From Eledone cirrhosa (taxonomy: Eukaryota), in the NCBI GenBank assembly GCA_964016885.1, contig OZ024752.1, positions 2,976,001 to 3,040,000 of the forward strand: a DNA stretch of 64,000 nt, given 5' to 3'. Below are positions 12,661 to 26,083 of this stretch, one piece after another (the stretch's first letter is position 1; each line of letters begins with the position of its first letter). The notes below the pieces were generated by a model. That model saw nothing but the letters and a program-made list of their open reading frames with translations, was not told where the DNA came from and ran no database searches. The translations under genes were made by a program, and so were the position numbers.

Positions 12661-13139
12661 GTAAAGACAAATTTAATTCGCTATATCGGTCTCTGTAATT
12701 CTGCGCGCAAGGCACATCACATTCATCTTACACTAACGGTGTCACGACCAAAGGTGCCTTCCTTTCTATCATTTAAACGTACCATACATATTGGCTGCTC
12801 TTGTGTACAACACGATGATAAGCAATGCAAAAGCTGTAGTCTGGGATCGATCTATGTGGAGCTTAGCAGCCCTATAAATTGTGTAATCATAAATGATCTT
12901 TTATCAATGATGTTTGCGTGTGTATTTATATACGAATTGCACGCAACATTAGCGCACGTGTTCGTAGTATATTAAGATATACATTGCTGGGCCAAATTAA
13001 GATAGTGGAAACGCAGTCGTAGACGCCGAGGAAGTTGCTTGAATAAACTCCATGGGCTCTCCTAGTCTCACTTGGGAATCAAATCGAATCAATTAACGTT
13101 GATATGGTGTCACACACACCAGTATTTTTTTATCGAGAA

Positions 13140-15177
13140 AAGCAGCAAGGGAGGTGCTAATGGTTTCCCACCTGGCCACCACAAGGAAATGCTATCCACC
13201 CTCTCCGCCGAGGCCGGGCGCCACCTTCTGAGTGCAATTGTGGCACTCGCCAATAGGCTCATCCATGGCGCCCTGGACCCTAAACGACCGAGTCCTCTCA
13301 TTTTTGGCTAGCCTGACCGCTCGCAGGAAGAAATAGCGTGGCATACGCCACATCGCTGTGGGCAATGTTCCGGAGGCTGGCTGCTAAGGTTGTTCTCAGG
13401 TCCATAGCAACTGAACTGGGTGAGGAGTTCAGTCCGGCGCAACTGGGTGTCGGCGTGTCCGGTGGCAGTGAGGGGGCCGCACATGCAACCGGGCAGTTCT
13501 TCAACAGCTTCCCACGGTCCTGTTGTCAAGCTTGATATGAGGAATGCCTTCAACAGCATACGCGGGGATCATCTGCTCGAAGCCTGCCTCAGCCGAGTCC
13601 GCTCTGCCTACCTGCTACCTACCTGTCATATGGAGACCCGATAATGCTCCTTGCTGCTGATACGGTCTTAACTTCGGCCACTGGGCTCTAACAGGGGGAC
13701 CCCTTGGGCTCTCTCCTGTTTTTACTTGGTATGGACCACATATCCCGGAGTATCACGCCTCTTCTCAACGTTTGTTACCCGCATGATGCTACGTTGAGAG
13801 TGTCTGTCAGGAATTAAAATTGGTGGTTCCTGTCTGCCGGGAATCGGCCTGAAGTCAACTCACCCAAGTCGGAGGGGTTAAATGTCAGCCACGATGCTGA
13901 GAGATTTGCAGCCCCCATTCGTACGTGTGGTCCATTCACCCACCAGGTACAGGTGACCCCCAAATAGCATGTTCTCATCCTCGGGTCCCCGATCCACACG
14001 CCGGCCATCCGCTCTACCCTCAGGTCCAAGTTCCAGCAACTTAAGACCCTCACGAGCCGACTGTGCTTGATTGACAGCAACCCAGCACTTTTCCGGTTGA
14101 GGAACTGCTTCGCAATCACGAAGCTCATGTATGCCCTACGCAGCGCTCCATGCTACAAGCACGCATCTCTCCACACTGACCTCGACACTTGTATCCAAGT
14201 AGCAGCCGGGGAATTATGCAACGACATGTTTGACGACATTGGATGGAAACAGGCCACTTTAACTGTCAGATATGGTGGCCTTGGCCTCCGGTCCCCGATC
14301 TCGCTAGTTTTGACGGAGTTTCTTTCATCGATAACCTCATGTGACTGGGGAACGCGAAGCCCCATGTGTGACGTGGGAGCGGCTGGGGATTAGCCCAGTA
14401 GACGTCACTCCACCTCCCCCTGCTGACTTCAAGTCCCCCAAAAGCGTTTAGGATGTCATCCAGTGAAGTCTGACCTCAGACAGGCCCACGCGCCACCTCG
14501 ACCAGCACCACGTTACCCGATTTTGTGCGGCCCCCAAACCCCAAATTAATGCCTGGCTCCATGGCTTGCCATCCTTCACGCAGTTGGATAACGACAGCCT
14601 GTGCATTGGCGTTTCCCTGAGGCTTAGATTCCGGATCTGCGAGCCACATAAATGTCGCTGTGGATCCACCATGGACTCTTTCAACATCCACCCGCTTTCC
14701 TGTCTCCACAGTGCCGCCCGACTTCCACGCCATGCTGCCATCCACGCTAGGACGCTGCAGGCTTCCCCCTCCAAGCTCGAGCCGGTGGGGCTGCACCAAG
14801 GGGACGGGAAAAGGCCAGACGGTATGACCATCTTCCCATTCCGTGGTGACAAACCCTTCGTCTGGGATTCCACTTTCTCCTGCTACAACATGGTGCAGTC
14901 TGTGAGTAACCCAGGTTCTATTACACGTTGGGCTGAGGAGGCCCAACTCTCCAGGTACCTGTCGCTCTCCGACAGGTTTGTTGTCGTGCCTTTGGCAGTG
15001 GAGACTGCTGGTGTCATTTGCCCAAGGGCAACCTTCCTACTCACCAGCCACAGGTGTGAGCCTCATGATTTTGAATGGCTCTTCCAGCGCATCTCCCTTG
15101 CCATCGTCTGGGGACACCCCTTCTCAATTATGCCCTCCGAGGGTGTGGGGAGGCCGGCACGCATTTGCTCACCATAC
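13140..15177 (+). mobile_element. CRE-like non-LTR retrotransposon (RT + CCHC + restriction-like endonuclease), 5'-truncated and frameshifted
   Basis: QLGVGVSGGSEGAAHA, VVKLDMRNAFNSIR, QGDPLG, LRNCFAITKLMYALR, GGLGLR, CRCG..HPLSC..RHAA and KRPDGMTIFPF..KPFVWD (PD..D nuclease). Confidence 0.85.
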
Positions 15178-15355
15178 ATAGAGATGGGGAGGGCGAGAGA
15201 GATGGAGGCGTGACGGTGGTAGTCAGGCTCTTCCACGTTCGGACCATATCCTTGTGCTTGTGTTCATTAAGCAGTTAATGAGTATGTGTATGGGTATATA
15301 TATAAGCAAAGCTGTTATAACACCACTAAATATATCATCTCTTATATATCTACGT

Positions 15356-15526
15356 TTGGCACAAGGCCAACAATTAATCCAGTGCATTACTGTTACTTTA
15401 TTTTATCGACCCCGTAAGGATGAAAGGCAAAGTTAACCTCGGTGGGTTTTGAACTCAGACCGTAAAGGAGCGTAACTATACTGTAAAGCATGGCATCCGA
15501 CCCTCTACAGATATTGCCAATCCACT
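15356..15526 (-). mobile_element. tRNA-derived SINE with Nin/Deu-like domain
   Basis: Minus strand reads gagttcaaaacccaccgaggttaactttgcctttcatccttacggggtcgataaaataaagtaacag; homologous to 20681-20856 and 55465-55636. Confidence 0.8.
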
Positions 15527-16099
15527 AATAAATGGAAATTAAATTACTATAGCATCATATTTATTTCATTATATATATTTCAAGGATACTAAATTATAGT
15601 TTGCTTTCATCAGATAAAATCTATGTATTTAGATCGATATATATACACATATCTCCTATATTCTAATGTTACGAAGTATAGTTATGTTGGTCATATACAA
15701 GATCGTTAGAGGGTAACCATTCTCGTATATATGGTAAAATATATGGATATATACCTATGTATATACCTTATAATCTAATGTTATGGAGACATAAAGAACA
15801 TGTATGTATATTTTTTTTTTGTTAACATAAGTAAACATCATCAACAGAAAAGTAACTCTTATTAATTATAATGTTTTAAAAAAAATTATACTATGTTCTA
15901 AAGGTGATCTTGATATAAATGATATAATATGTTAAGGAATATAGATAAAGGTACTTGTTATGTTGATAGTATATATATATATATGCTAATATCTAAAGGA
16001 ACACATAATTATATTGTTATATATATGCTAAATAAGTGAATCATATATATAGTATAGACAACTATTAATTTATCCATATATATATATTATGAAAATAGT

Positions 16100-17760
16100 T
16101 GGAGATTTTCTGTAAACAAGAGATAAATAACTCATACATATTATTAATAATATATCATGTGTTAGTAATAATATTAAGAATCTCTTCATTTCAAAAATTA
16201 CAAATTTTAGAGATAGAGGAAATAACATATGGTGAGGCGTTTTGGATCTTCTTCCAAGATAGTGAATAATCTATGTTTTTGCTTTTTAGACACCATGTTA
16301 TTTGCGATAGAGAAGTTAAGAATGTTTTATCTATTCGTTTAAATGTATATTTATGGTTATACCAACGTTCCATAAATTTAGATGAAGTCACCCGTATGTA
16401 ATTATACAATTTATCATTAGTTTTAACACTAAATTTCGGTCGAGGCATTTATTATCTAACAGGCAAGAGCGACTGTTCGTACAATTACAACTTCTTATGT
16501 TATTATTTATAATATAGTTCTATTATTAAGGTGTAAATTATTACTATTGCTAATGCTATTATCAATAATAGTATTGTTAGTGCTGGGTGTCATTCCTATT
16601 TGGTTTAATTTCAGATGCCTATTATTAATGTTTTGCTTTTTGGGGGGCTATATTCATAGTTGTTGAGTATGACAGCTTAATAGTGTGTCTATTAAAAAAT
16701 CAGGTAATATGTATGAGTTCTAGGAAAACAGTTATCGAGAGCTCTAAAGAACTGTTGTGATAAACAGGATTTAATTCCTATAGATATTGGTGGAGAGTAC
16801 CAGATTATAGAGCGGGCTCTGGCTTTTCTATTCTCTGTGTTATTTTTGTTTATATTAAGGTTATGCTGGTTTATTTATGTTATTATATGAATTATTTCCT
16901 TTATCATATGGGGCATAATGATCCTTATCTGTGTAATTAATGTTATTATTGTATCCTGATCTGTGTACGGTCTCATTATAGTATTCTGCCTCATTCTGAA
17001 ATATATATTTACTAACGGAGAGTTGGACACTATTAACTATAGCTTTCTGGACGTTTTTGGGTGGTTAGAGTAGAAGCTAACATAGTTTAGGTCTTCATTT
17101 AACTAACAGAATGGATAGTATAGGCCAGAAATATAGATTTAAGGTAACGTCTAGGAAATTAACTATTTTATTATGGTTTTCTCTTTCTAGTTTAAGATCG
17201 TAATTATTAAAGAAGTCAATTATGATGTTCTTTTTTCTTTGTAGTAAGGGCACTATTCCTATGGTTATTTACTATACATCGTCACGATATAAACCTCCGG
17301 AAGTTTTCTATGTATAGAGTTAGGGATGAAAATACCAACAAGGTCTGAAACCTCAGCCCAGTCCGAAGATCACATGATAATATCAACATTTCCAGGTCTA
17401 TCAGCTCTGTACGCCTTCAAACTCTATAGGGGTTTTTTCTCGCCGTTAATATTATGTTTATTTCATTACTTGATATATCTCTATATGTTGGTGCAAAAAT
17501 TAATATTTTGTTAAAAGCATACTGTAATTTAGTACCCTTGAAATATATATAATGAAATAACTATGGAGATATAGTAATATATTTTCCATTTATTACTATT
17601 ATCATTGTTATTATAAGTACTCCAGATAACATTTAACTGTAGAGTGCTTCATATATGTTATGAACATAATTCTGTTGAATACTTATTAATGTATCTTGAC
17701 CAGAATTAATGTGTTTCCGAATCAAATCAGATGGAATATAATTAATTAGTTAATAACACA
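16100..17760 (-). mobile_element. Penelope-like retroelement remnant (RT + GIY-YIG)
   Basis: Minus strand GGLYRDD (17278-17298), KLSYS, CNCTNSRSCL, and ORF 16191-16448 (FMERWYNHKYTF..TSLSQITW.LK..YSLSWK...ASPY...CN), typical of the PLE endonuclease region. Confidence 0.8.
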
Positions 17761-18860
17761 AACTTTAAATCTTCAAATACTTGTTTATCCTTTCATACCT
17801 AGAGTGCTTCCTTGCTATGATGATTAAACCAGTGTTTCTGAATGTACACATACTTATGAAATGTCACATATGTACTTAGACTCACACTCCTTTGAAGACA
17901 GCTTACAAATAAGCTTATTATATCATGACTGAAAAATAGACCTTCTCTTCCTTGATTTCTATATTGAAGGTATCAGTCAAATCCCTCTACAATATTAACC
18001 TACCCTTAATCATGGGATGAATAGATTGGGTAATGCACATTTATATATTAACTGCAGTATTCATTTTACAATTAATTACTCAGAAAACGGCAACACCCGT
18101 ATACAATGTTTTAGATAATCCGAGAGAGTTTGGATGGGTGAAAGTCTTACGGAAAACGGAAACTCTTTTGGAAAGTTATCAGTAGTAATGTGACAACTAG
18201 AGGAACCAAGCGCAAGAGGAATCAAATTTAAACTAACCAGGTGTTAGATTAAGTAAACAATTCCTTATAATTTAACAATGAAATTGTAGGGACACTGGTA
18301 ATATTTCTTTCATCATAGGTCGAGTCGATCGAGGACGGATTGAGTCTCAAGAAAAACGAATTAACTACGTCAGAGATTCATTTTAAAAAGTATATCAACA
18401 AATAAGTAAAGAAAGAAGATATGTGTGAAGTAAAGATTTTTTATCAGAATATTTCTTTTAAAAACTAAATCTTGACATCATTTAGAGGTATACGAAAATA
18501 TTTATCGATTTGTGAGTGTACGTAAAGGTTACAGGAGAGCAGGAAAAACTTTTTTCTCATCAATTTGTTCCAACCTGACAAGCAAGTAAACCTCAATTCT
18601 TAATATAAAGTATGTTTGTCTATTATATAGTTAATTCACGTCAATATTTACTTTTTAACTAAAGTTCATTTGATGGCATTTTTCCAGTCTTTGAAGGAGG
18701 TACGTACATTAAAAAAATACTTACCAAACCCCTCAAAAAAGAACTACAATTTATTTACTCATCCTGACATTTAAGTGATGTTAGTGTATGGCCTTACACA
18801 TAATATACACACATACATAGCCACACACGTATATGTAAATATGTACGTATATATGTATGA

Positions 18861-18960
<100 letters not shown>

Positions 18961-18985
18961 CTCTCTCTCTCTCTCTCTCACTCTG

Positions 18986-19017
<32 letters not shown>

Positions 19018-19710
19018 CGTGTGTGTGCGTGTTTGTGCATATATATATGAAGGTCTACACGGTATATATAAGAATAATAAATATACAATAGTTTTATGTA
19101 TGCTTGAAATAGTGATATGTAACACCTATCTCAGGTACCTTGATATTGGCTTGTACATATTAACCCATCATCAGTGAAATTCAGTTACCCGATATTAAGA
19201 AATGTATTCGCTAAAGTTTTTATGCTTTTTCAGGTCAGAAATATAAACTAGCAATATTCATATGTTTCTTCGGTGTTTATTAAACATACTCAAAACTTAT
19301 ATGTTTACATAGACATAGCTATATATGAACCATAATCTTTTCTTATTAATGCTTAGTAATCCTAGCCAGTTAAGTTCTGTCTATATAGAAAAATATTTAT
19401 CCAGTTAATATATTATATTCAATTGTGAAAATATGCATTTCTAACCGACGTTTCATTCAAGAAATATCATATAAAATTCAACTCCCTCTTTTAAAAAACC
19501 GATAACGGATAAGAATAGAGAAACAAATGTCTTGCAATCAGACTGACTACTGAGATAGCCGTGGCGTGAACAGAACTTAAATAATTATAGTGAGTGTCAC
19601 TTGTATGTACATGAGACATAACTCTATCGTAAATACCTTTAATAAGAACATTATTGTGAACTACTCTTAGATGACATTATGGCTACTGATATATATATAT
19701 ATATATATAT

Positions 19711-20377
19711 CGTTTCTGAATTTGTTTAGCAATATTCTTTATCTGAAAACGTGTGCTGAAACCGATATTGAACACTGGCGAGAGCTTCAAGATAGTAAAG
19801 AATCATCTGTACTCTACCAACATGCTAAAATAGAACATAAGGGTAAATTAAAGAACATAGATATAAAAATAGAATCTACACACAGAAAATACGCAATCTT
19901 TAGACAACTCACAGAGGCAATAGACATAAATGAACTCCAACCAAAATTAAATAGAAAACCTGAATGGAACAGCAACATCACAACTTACAATTAAGGACAA
20001 AATGAAAACACACACACATAGAACAAAGAACCAACCAGTAACATGTAAATGATCAAATAAATAAACAAATATAAACACACACGGACACCTGGATGTAACA
20101 CATGCGCAAACTAAGCACACGACACACACAAAAACAAGATAGCGTAGGTCAGAACAAAGGAGAGGCGCAAAAACAAAGAAAAAAATCACCAGTCACTGAA
20201 GAGGTCACAGAATGTGTGACGAAAGAACTTTGACAATATATGAACAATCGTCTGGTTGTGGAACCAACCAACCAACCGGAAATTTATAAATTCCTAAATT
20301 TATGAATTTAATCTATAATAAATTGAAGTGAAAGCAACTGGTGCGTGTTTTTCTTATTGGCAACATGACCCTCCCAA

Positions 20378-20380
<3 letters not shown>
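19711..20380 (+). mobile_element. Penelope-like 3' fragment with inverted terminal piece at its 5' junction
   Basis: SSVLYQHAKIEH...RQLTEAIDINELQPKLNRKPEWN (GIY-YIG C-terminus), then UTR with HHR. 19711-19770 is the inverted continuation of the element end (compare 2448-2558). (TA)n on both sides. Confidence 0.8.
20192..20234 (+). ncRNA. Minimal type I hammerhead ribozyme
   Basis: gtca-CTGAAGA-g-gtcaca-gaatg-tgtgac-GAAA-gaactt-tgac. Stem I gtca/tgac, 6-bp stem II, CUU triplet. Confidence 0.7.
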
Positions 20381-20442
<62 letters not shown>

Positions 20443-20680
20443 GTGTGTGCGTGTAAAGAGCGGGAATAGGAGGGAGAATTGTTCCTAAGCTGCCCAAAAT
20501 TCTCTCATGAAATGACAGAATGGATTTTATTTTTCAAGCTAGATATTGGAAAGAAGCAAGAGATGAAGATTCGAAATGAATGCATGCAAGAATTCACAGC
20601 ACTAGCATCATTCCTTCATAGTCAGCATATAAACAGTTAAATAGAGAAGTAGATATATACAGATATTATTATACCCCATA

Positions 20681-20856
20681 GGGTGGTGGATTGGCAGTAT
20701 GGGTAGAGAGTCGGACGCCATGATTTCCAGCAAAGAGTTACGTCCCTTTACGATGTGAGTCCAAATCCCGCCGAGGTTAACTATGCCTTTCATCCTTACG
20801 GGGTCGATAAAATTTAGTACCAGTAATGTACTGGGTATTTGCTGGCCTTGTGCCAA
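20681..20856 (+). mobile_element. tRNA-derived SINE with Nin/Deu-like domain
   Basis: ggtggattggcag...gagtccaaatcccgccgaggttaactatgcctttcatccttacggggtcgataaaatttagtaccag. Confidence 0.8.
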
Positions 20857-20893
20857 ATATAGAAACAATTATTATATACCCGCCTGGTCTAAA

Positions 20894-20944
<51 letters not shown>

Positions 20945-20954
20945 GTGTGTATGT

Positions 20955-21235
20955 GTTGGCTTCACATCTTGAGGATGTGAGTTCAAATCCCTTACTGGGC
21001 GATGCGTCGTGTTCTTGAACAAGTCATTTTATTTCCCGCAGCTCGAGCTTACACAGTTGTAGAAATACATTGCAAAAACAGTGATGTCAGGCTCAGCCCA
21101 TGTTTATCCATTAGATGCCATTGAGCACGGAAAGGGGAAACTAGTTTACATTGGCGGCATTCTACCATGGCTTGTGCCTCGAAGGAGATCATCCTAGGTA
21201 CAAATCCCATGGCCTTCGTGAACACAGGTGGTCCT
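20955..21235 (+). mobile_element. Truncated CORE-like SINE (related to 3937-4228)
   Basis: B-box gagttcaaatcc followed by gtgttcttgaacaagtcattttatttc. Confidence 0.55.
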
Positions 21236-21363
21236 CTATACAAATATATATATGCATATATATATATATATATATATGCATATATATATATATATATATA
21301 TATAACTTTGATAACTTTGATAGGTTTCGGACAGTATTGGCCAGGCCATGTCTAACATAATAG

Positions 21364-21416
<53 letters not shown>

Positions 21417-21444
21417 AGAGAACTGACATACGAATTGATATATA

Positions 21445-21691
21445 TAATTGTAAAAAAGAATAAAAATATACAGTAGAAAATGCTCAATGGATTTTCTCTC
21501 AGAATAACAGCAAAGCATTTATTTCCAAAATAGGAATTTCCGTTTCATTCGACCCGGTTTGAGCGTATAGGCTTCTTCGTGTAACGAAAGTGTATAATGA
21601 AATTAAATTGCTTATTAATATGGGGAAAAAATAACAGGTTTTATATACATATATATATATAAAGAGAAAAGTTTCATATTTTTGTTTGTCG

Positions 21692-21771
<80 letters not shown>

Positions 21772-21921
21772 TTGTGCTGACCATAGCTGTGTCACTATTG
21801 CTAGTGGAAGTAACAGGGAATATTTAGTTGATTCTGTTTAAGCCGTTGTCCTGGACTGTTGTGGAAGTAGTAGGGGGAGAAGGGGAAGGAGAAGCAGAAG
21901 AAGAAGAAGAAGAAGAAGAAG

Positions 21922-21953
<32 letters not shown>

Positions 21954-22665
21954 GAGGAGGAGGACGGGAGAGAAGGGGAAGTGGGTGGGAAGAAACAGAA
22001 GAAGAAGGTGAGGAAGAGGGGAGGAGAGGAGAATAAGAAGTGGGGTAGAAAGAGGAAGTAGAAGACGGACATCTCCCTTTACTATTAATAATATTATTAC
22101 TACAACTCCACCCCTTCGTACCCTTCTGCTTCCCCCACCCCTTCTCCGTCTTCCTCTTCCTCCCTTGCCATAGCCCTGGTATTACCAAGTTTTCGTCGTT
22201 TTCTTCTCCTTCGTCTTCTTCTTCCTCTTCCCCCATTCTTTTTCTTCTTCTGCTTCTCCTTCCCTTCTCCCCCCCCCCCCCCCCCCACTACTTCCACTAC
22301 AGTCCAGGTCAACAGAATCACTAAACAGAATCACTAAACAGAATCACTAAATCTTCCCTGTTACTTCCACTAGTAATAGTGACACAGCTATGGTCAACAC
22401 CAAGAGACAAAGACAAAAAACGACAGAGAAAATCATGAAATATTCTTTATATATATATCTATGTAAACCATGTTAATTTTTTCTCCGTATTCTTATTAAT
22501 ACGCAATTTAATTTCATTATATACTTCCGTCACATGAAGAAGCCTATAAGCTGAAACTGGTACGATTAATACGGAAATTACTGTTTCGTAAATAATCGCT
22601 TTGCTGTTATTCTGAGAGAAAATCCATTTAGCATTTCTTCTGTTTTTTTCTTCTTTTACTATTTT
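21445..22665. repeat. Large diverged inverted duplication (~21445-21925 / ~22240-22665), each arm with a decayed HHR-like motif
   Basis: ccatagctgtgtcactatt.ctagtggaagtaacaggga versus tccctgttacttccactagtaatagtgacacagctatgg; ggattttctctcagaataacagcaaagc versus gctttgctgttattctgagagaaaatcc; ATGAAGA-agc-ctataa-gct-GAAA-ctggta at 22534-22562. Confidence 0.85.
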
Positions 22666-23037
22666 ATATAAAAAGAAGGATTTGTCATGTCTTCATTAGG
22701 TTTACTTAAACATACCGTGTCTTGTTGATGCTCGGAGAGAAAGAGAGCAGCATCAACCATAATGAAATATATTATCTCAATCCTATCACTCTCCCGCCGA
22801 CCAGACTGACGCTAATGCCAGTTTTGCGCCCGTGAGAATTTACACATAATGCAGAAACATGAGATAACAATGAAGAGAATAACAGACATAAAAGTTGTCG
22901 TCACCTGAGTTGATTCAGTCCAGGTGCCCCTGACTATGTTGTTCGTTTCCATTCATTCCTCACCCGATTTTCTCAACCATTAATTATAGTTAACAACTGT
23001 TATCATTAGGGTCAATTTGCTTGGGACCCGGATATTT

Positions 23038-23120
<83 letters not shown>

Positions 23121-23138
23121 GTATATATATATATATAT

Positions 23139-23368
23139 ATATTTATTAAAATAACAGATTAAAGTTTAAGCAAAGAATCGCTGCTTTCACCCTTAACGGG
23201 ATCTTCTGAAGAATTTCAGAAGATCCCGTTAAGGGTGAAAGCAGCGATTCTTTGCTTAAACTTTAATCTGTTATTTTAATAAATATTTGCTCTACGGTTC
23301 TTATATATTTGATATATATTTTCCTTATCGAGCCCTCTTTGGATTTTAGTCTACAATTTTATTATTAT

Positions 23369-23372
<4 letters not shown>
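23139..23372. mobile_element. Family A fragment with a perfect 72-bp foldback (23139-23210 / 23215-23286)
   Basis: The arms are exact reverse complements with a 4-nt spacer (gaat); each contains CAGAAGA-tccc-gttaa-gggt-GAAA. Flanked by (TA)n. Confidence 0.9.
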
Positions 23373-23433
<61 letters not shown>

Positions 23434-24439
23434 ATCATAAGCATACGAAGATGATGATGAGTAATGTTTTCGTTGTGTTGTTACAAGTGTTGTTGTTGTT
23501 GGAATGAATACTTACATAAATAATTGTAGTGATGATTTCTAACACATGTAATAATAATGTTGATTTCTAACATGTACTGCATTAATAATAATTATTTCTT
23601 CCTTACTTCCAGTAGCAGACAGCAAAGAGTCTGGCTAGTTAGATAATTGAAGTCCAATTGTAAATCTGCAACATCGAATAGTCAACTGTTATATATGTAT
23701 ATTACCAACGACTGCGAAGTCATAACAAGACTAGGAATGTAAATTTCCTGTTGAGGAAATTAAGTTTGCCAAATAAAGTCAGAGAGATTATAATAATGTA
23801 ATGGTTGATTTAATGGCTTTCTTTCATTCATTGTTTTTCTTTCCTTAACACCTACGCCAAGGAAATCTCAAAAACAAGAATGATAACAATAACATTTGCT
23901 ACTAAGAAATTACTTCAAAGTATGGATTTGATCTGTAATGCACTAGTGGAGAAACGGATGCAATAATTAGTAGATAGTAAAAAACAGAAAACAATAAAAA
24001 GCTGTCGATTTCATCGATTCCAATACTTATTTTATTGAACCCAGAGGGATAAAATCCCAAATGACCCCTACCGAAATTGTTTGTAATAGGAAAGTGAAAC
24101 AATGTAGTAAAACACTTGAAGACATTTAATCCGACATTAAACAGAGATCCGTTTTTGCTTTTAGTAATACTATTTGTATTAAATAAGCTAAATGTTTTCA
24201 ATTTTAAAAGAAAGACAGGATTCAACGATTATTATCATGAAAGTAGTAATCGAGGTTTTAGTCACAGAAATGAGCCTTTGATGGCGAATATTTTAGTCAT
24301 ATATGATACCTATGAATATACTGTTTCAAGTGCTGCTTTGGTGATGATGTGTTTGTAGAAGTAGTTGTGACCATGCTTCTTATAATAGGTTCATTAAAAC
24401 CTGAATAGAATTACTTCGACTGTAAAATAATACCTGAAA

Positions 24440-25000
24440 TCTTTCAAACACTATCGAGTTTTGACGTCAACATTCCTTCTTCTCAGCTCAATAATAAAAC
24501 AAAACACTTGATTAATTTGGCAATTATTGTGTGGAATAAACACTTTTTTCTTTATTTGGGAGCCTTCTATATATAGAGGACACTCGTTATTTGTCATGGG
24601 ATTTATCAAATCAAACTTACCTTTAATTACTCCTTTGTATTGTAAAATTAAAATATTTCACTACCTCACTATTGCTGACTGCACATAAGTTAATACGAAT
24701 TATTAATAAGTTGAAGTCACATGCTCGGGCTGAAGGCCTGAATACTACATACTGGAAATACTTTCCTTTTTTGCTGCTATGAAAAAGTCAGCAAATGTTG
24801 CTTCACAGCCGGGTTTCTTTTTCTTTTTATTGTTGCTCAATACAACTGATTCGTCACAGTTCATAGATATTACACATATATGAGCCATGAATCTCCATTT
24901 TTGCATTCTGGTTTTATTTTTTTGTTTTAATTTTACATTGTTTCTCCATTCACCTTTTGTTAGCCTTTATCACAATATCTATGTTTTGACCCCAGATACA
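24440..25000 (-). mobile_element. Highly decayed Penelope-like GIY-YIG remnant with downstream HHR-like relic
   Basis: Minus strand ICVISMNCD...AVKQHLL...KVFP resembles the PLE endonuclease tail at 50145-50285; ctgagaagaagg...gtcaaaactcg relic near 24460-24490. Confidence 0.3.
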
Positions 25001-25999
25001 TTCCGCTCCTTTAAAATTGTTCGACTAATGACTAAGTCAGAAACAATTATTATTTGTGGTGCATTTCATCTATTTTTAGTCTTGTTATGGTTGTTGTTGT
25101 GGTTTTTTGTTTGTATTCTAGATGTTACTGCTGTAACCAGGTTTCAAGTGTAAGCTGCTAGTATGTCGTAAACCACATGACAAAGTCATCTATCTAACAT
25201 GTTCAAACTGTATTTATTAAACGTCTGAGTGTGGAGATGCAGGGTTCTTGTGAAAACTATTGCGTTATATCCATATATACAACCGTCCATAATTATATGG
25301 CAAACCAACACTGCAAATATTAAATAGGTTCAAATATGTTGCCGTAATTATTGATACCTCATGTCCACTAGTTAGATAATTGCGCTTATGTTAGTATTTA
25401 GGATGCGATAATGATAATTATAAAGTTGCTGTAGATTTAATGCGATAAAACACAACTGTAAACACTGACAATTAGGTATTCCGTTTAAAAAGAGTTTGTC
25501 AGCTTTTTATTCCTTGTGTACTTTGAAATTTGAAATTTTATATAAATTGAAAGAAAGTAAATAAAAATACACGAAATATATATTATTGTATTACACAACA
25601 AATGTAACCACTTGAAAACAAAGCATTTGTCCTACATATTGCCCACGTACATTTTCACATGTGTGAATACAGAAACCCATAAAACAAACTGCTGTTTTTC
25701 CATTTTACTTTTACTGCTGGGAATCTTTCGTTCGTATAGAACACAATGGAAATAAAAATAGCAGTAGATCTCAATGTGTGAAACTGAACAGGTATTACAC
25801 ATGAATAAATACATGTAAAACACATGTGCACATACTAATTCAGGCGAGTTTTGTATGAGGGTAAGCACGCTTAGCTTATTGTTGGTGAGGCATAAACGAG
25901 ATGGCATTGTTCATGTGAATACCGATACATATAGTAATTTTATTTTCAGAGTTACTAGCGTGTACTTGTACGTATAAAAAGACGCATACACACGCAAGC

Positions 26000-26044
<45 letters not shown>

Positions 26045-26046
26045 TG

Positions 26047-26083
<37 letters not shown>

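Noticed and set aside
22311-22350. Short direct repeats (aacagaatcacta x3; also 6875-6902 and 27495-27550) as a CRISPR-like array
   Set aside because: No spacers and a eukaryotic context; these are simple tandem duplications.
23206-23212. Canonical CTGAAGA at the palindrome centre
   Set aside because: Created by the inversion junction; absent from other family A copies and not in a hammerhead stem context.
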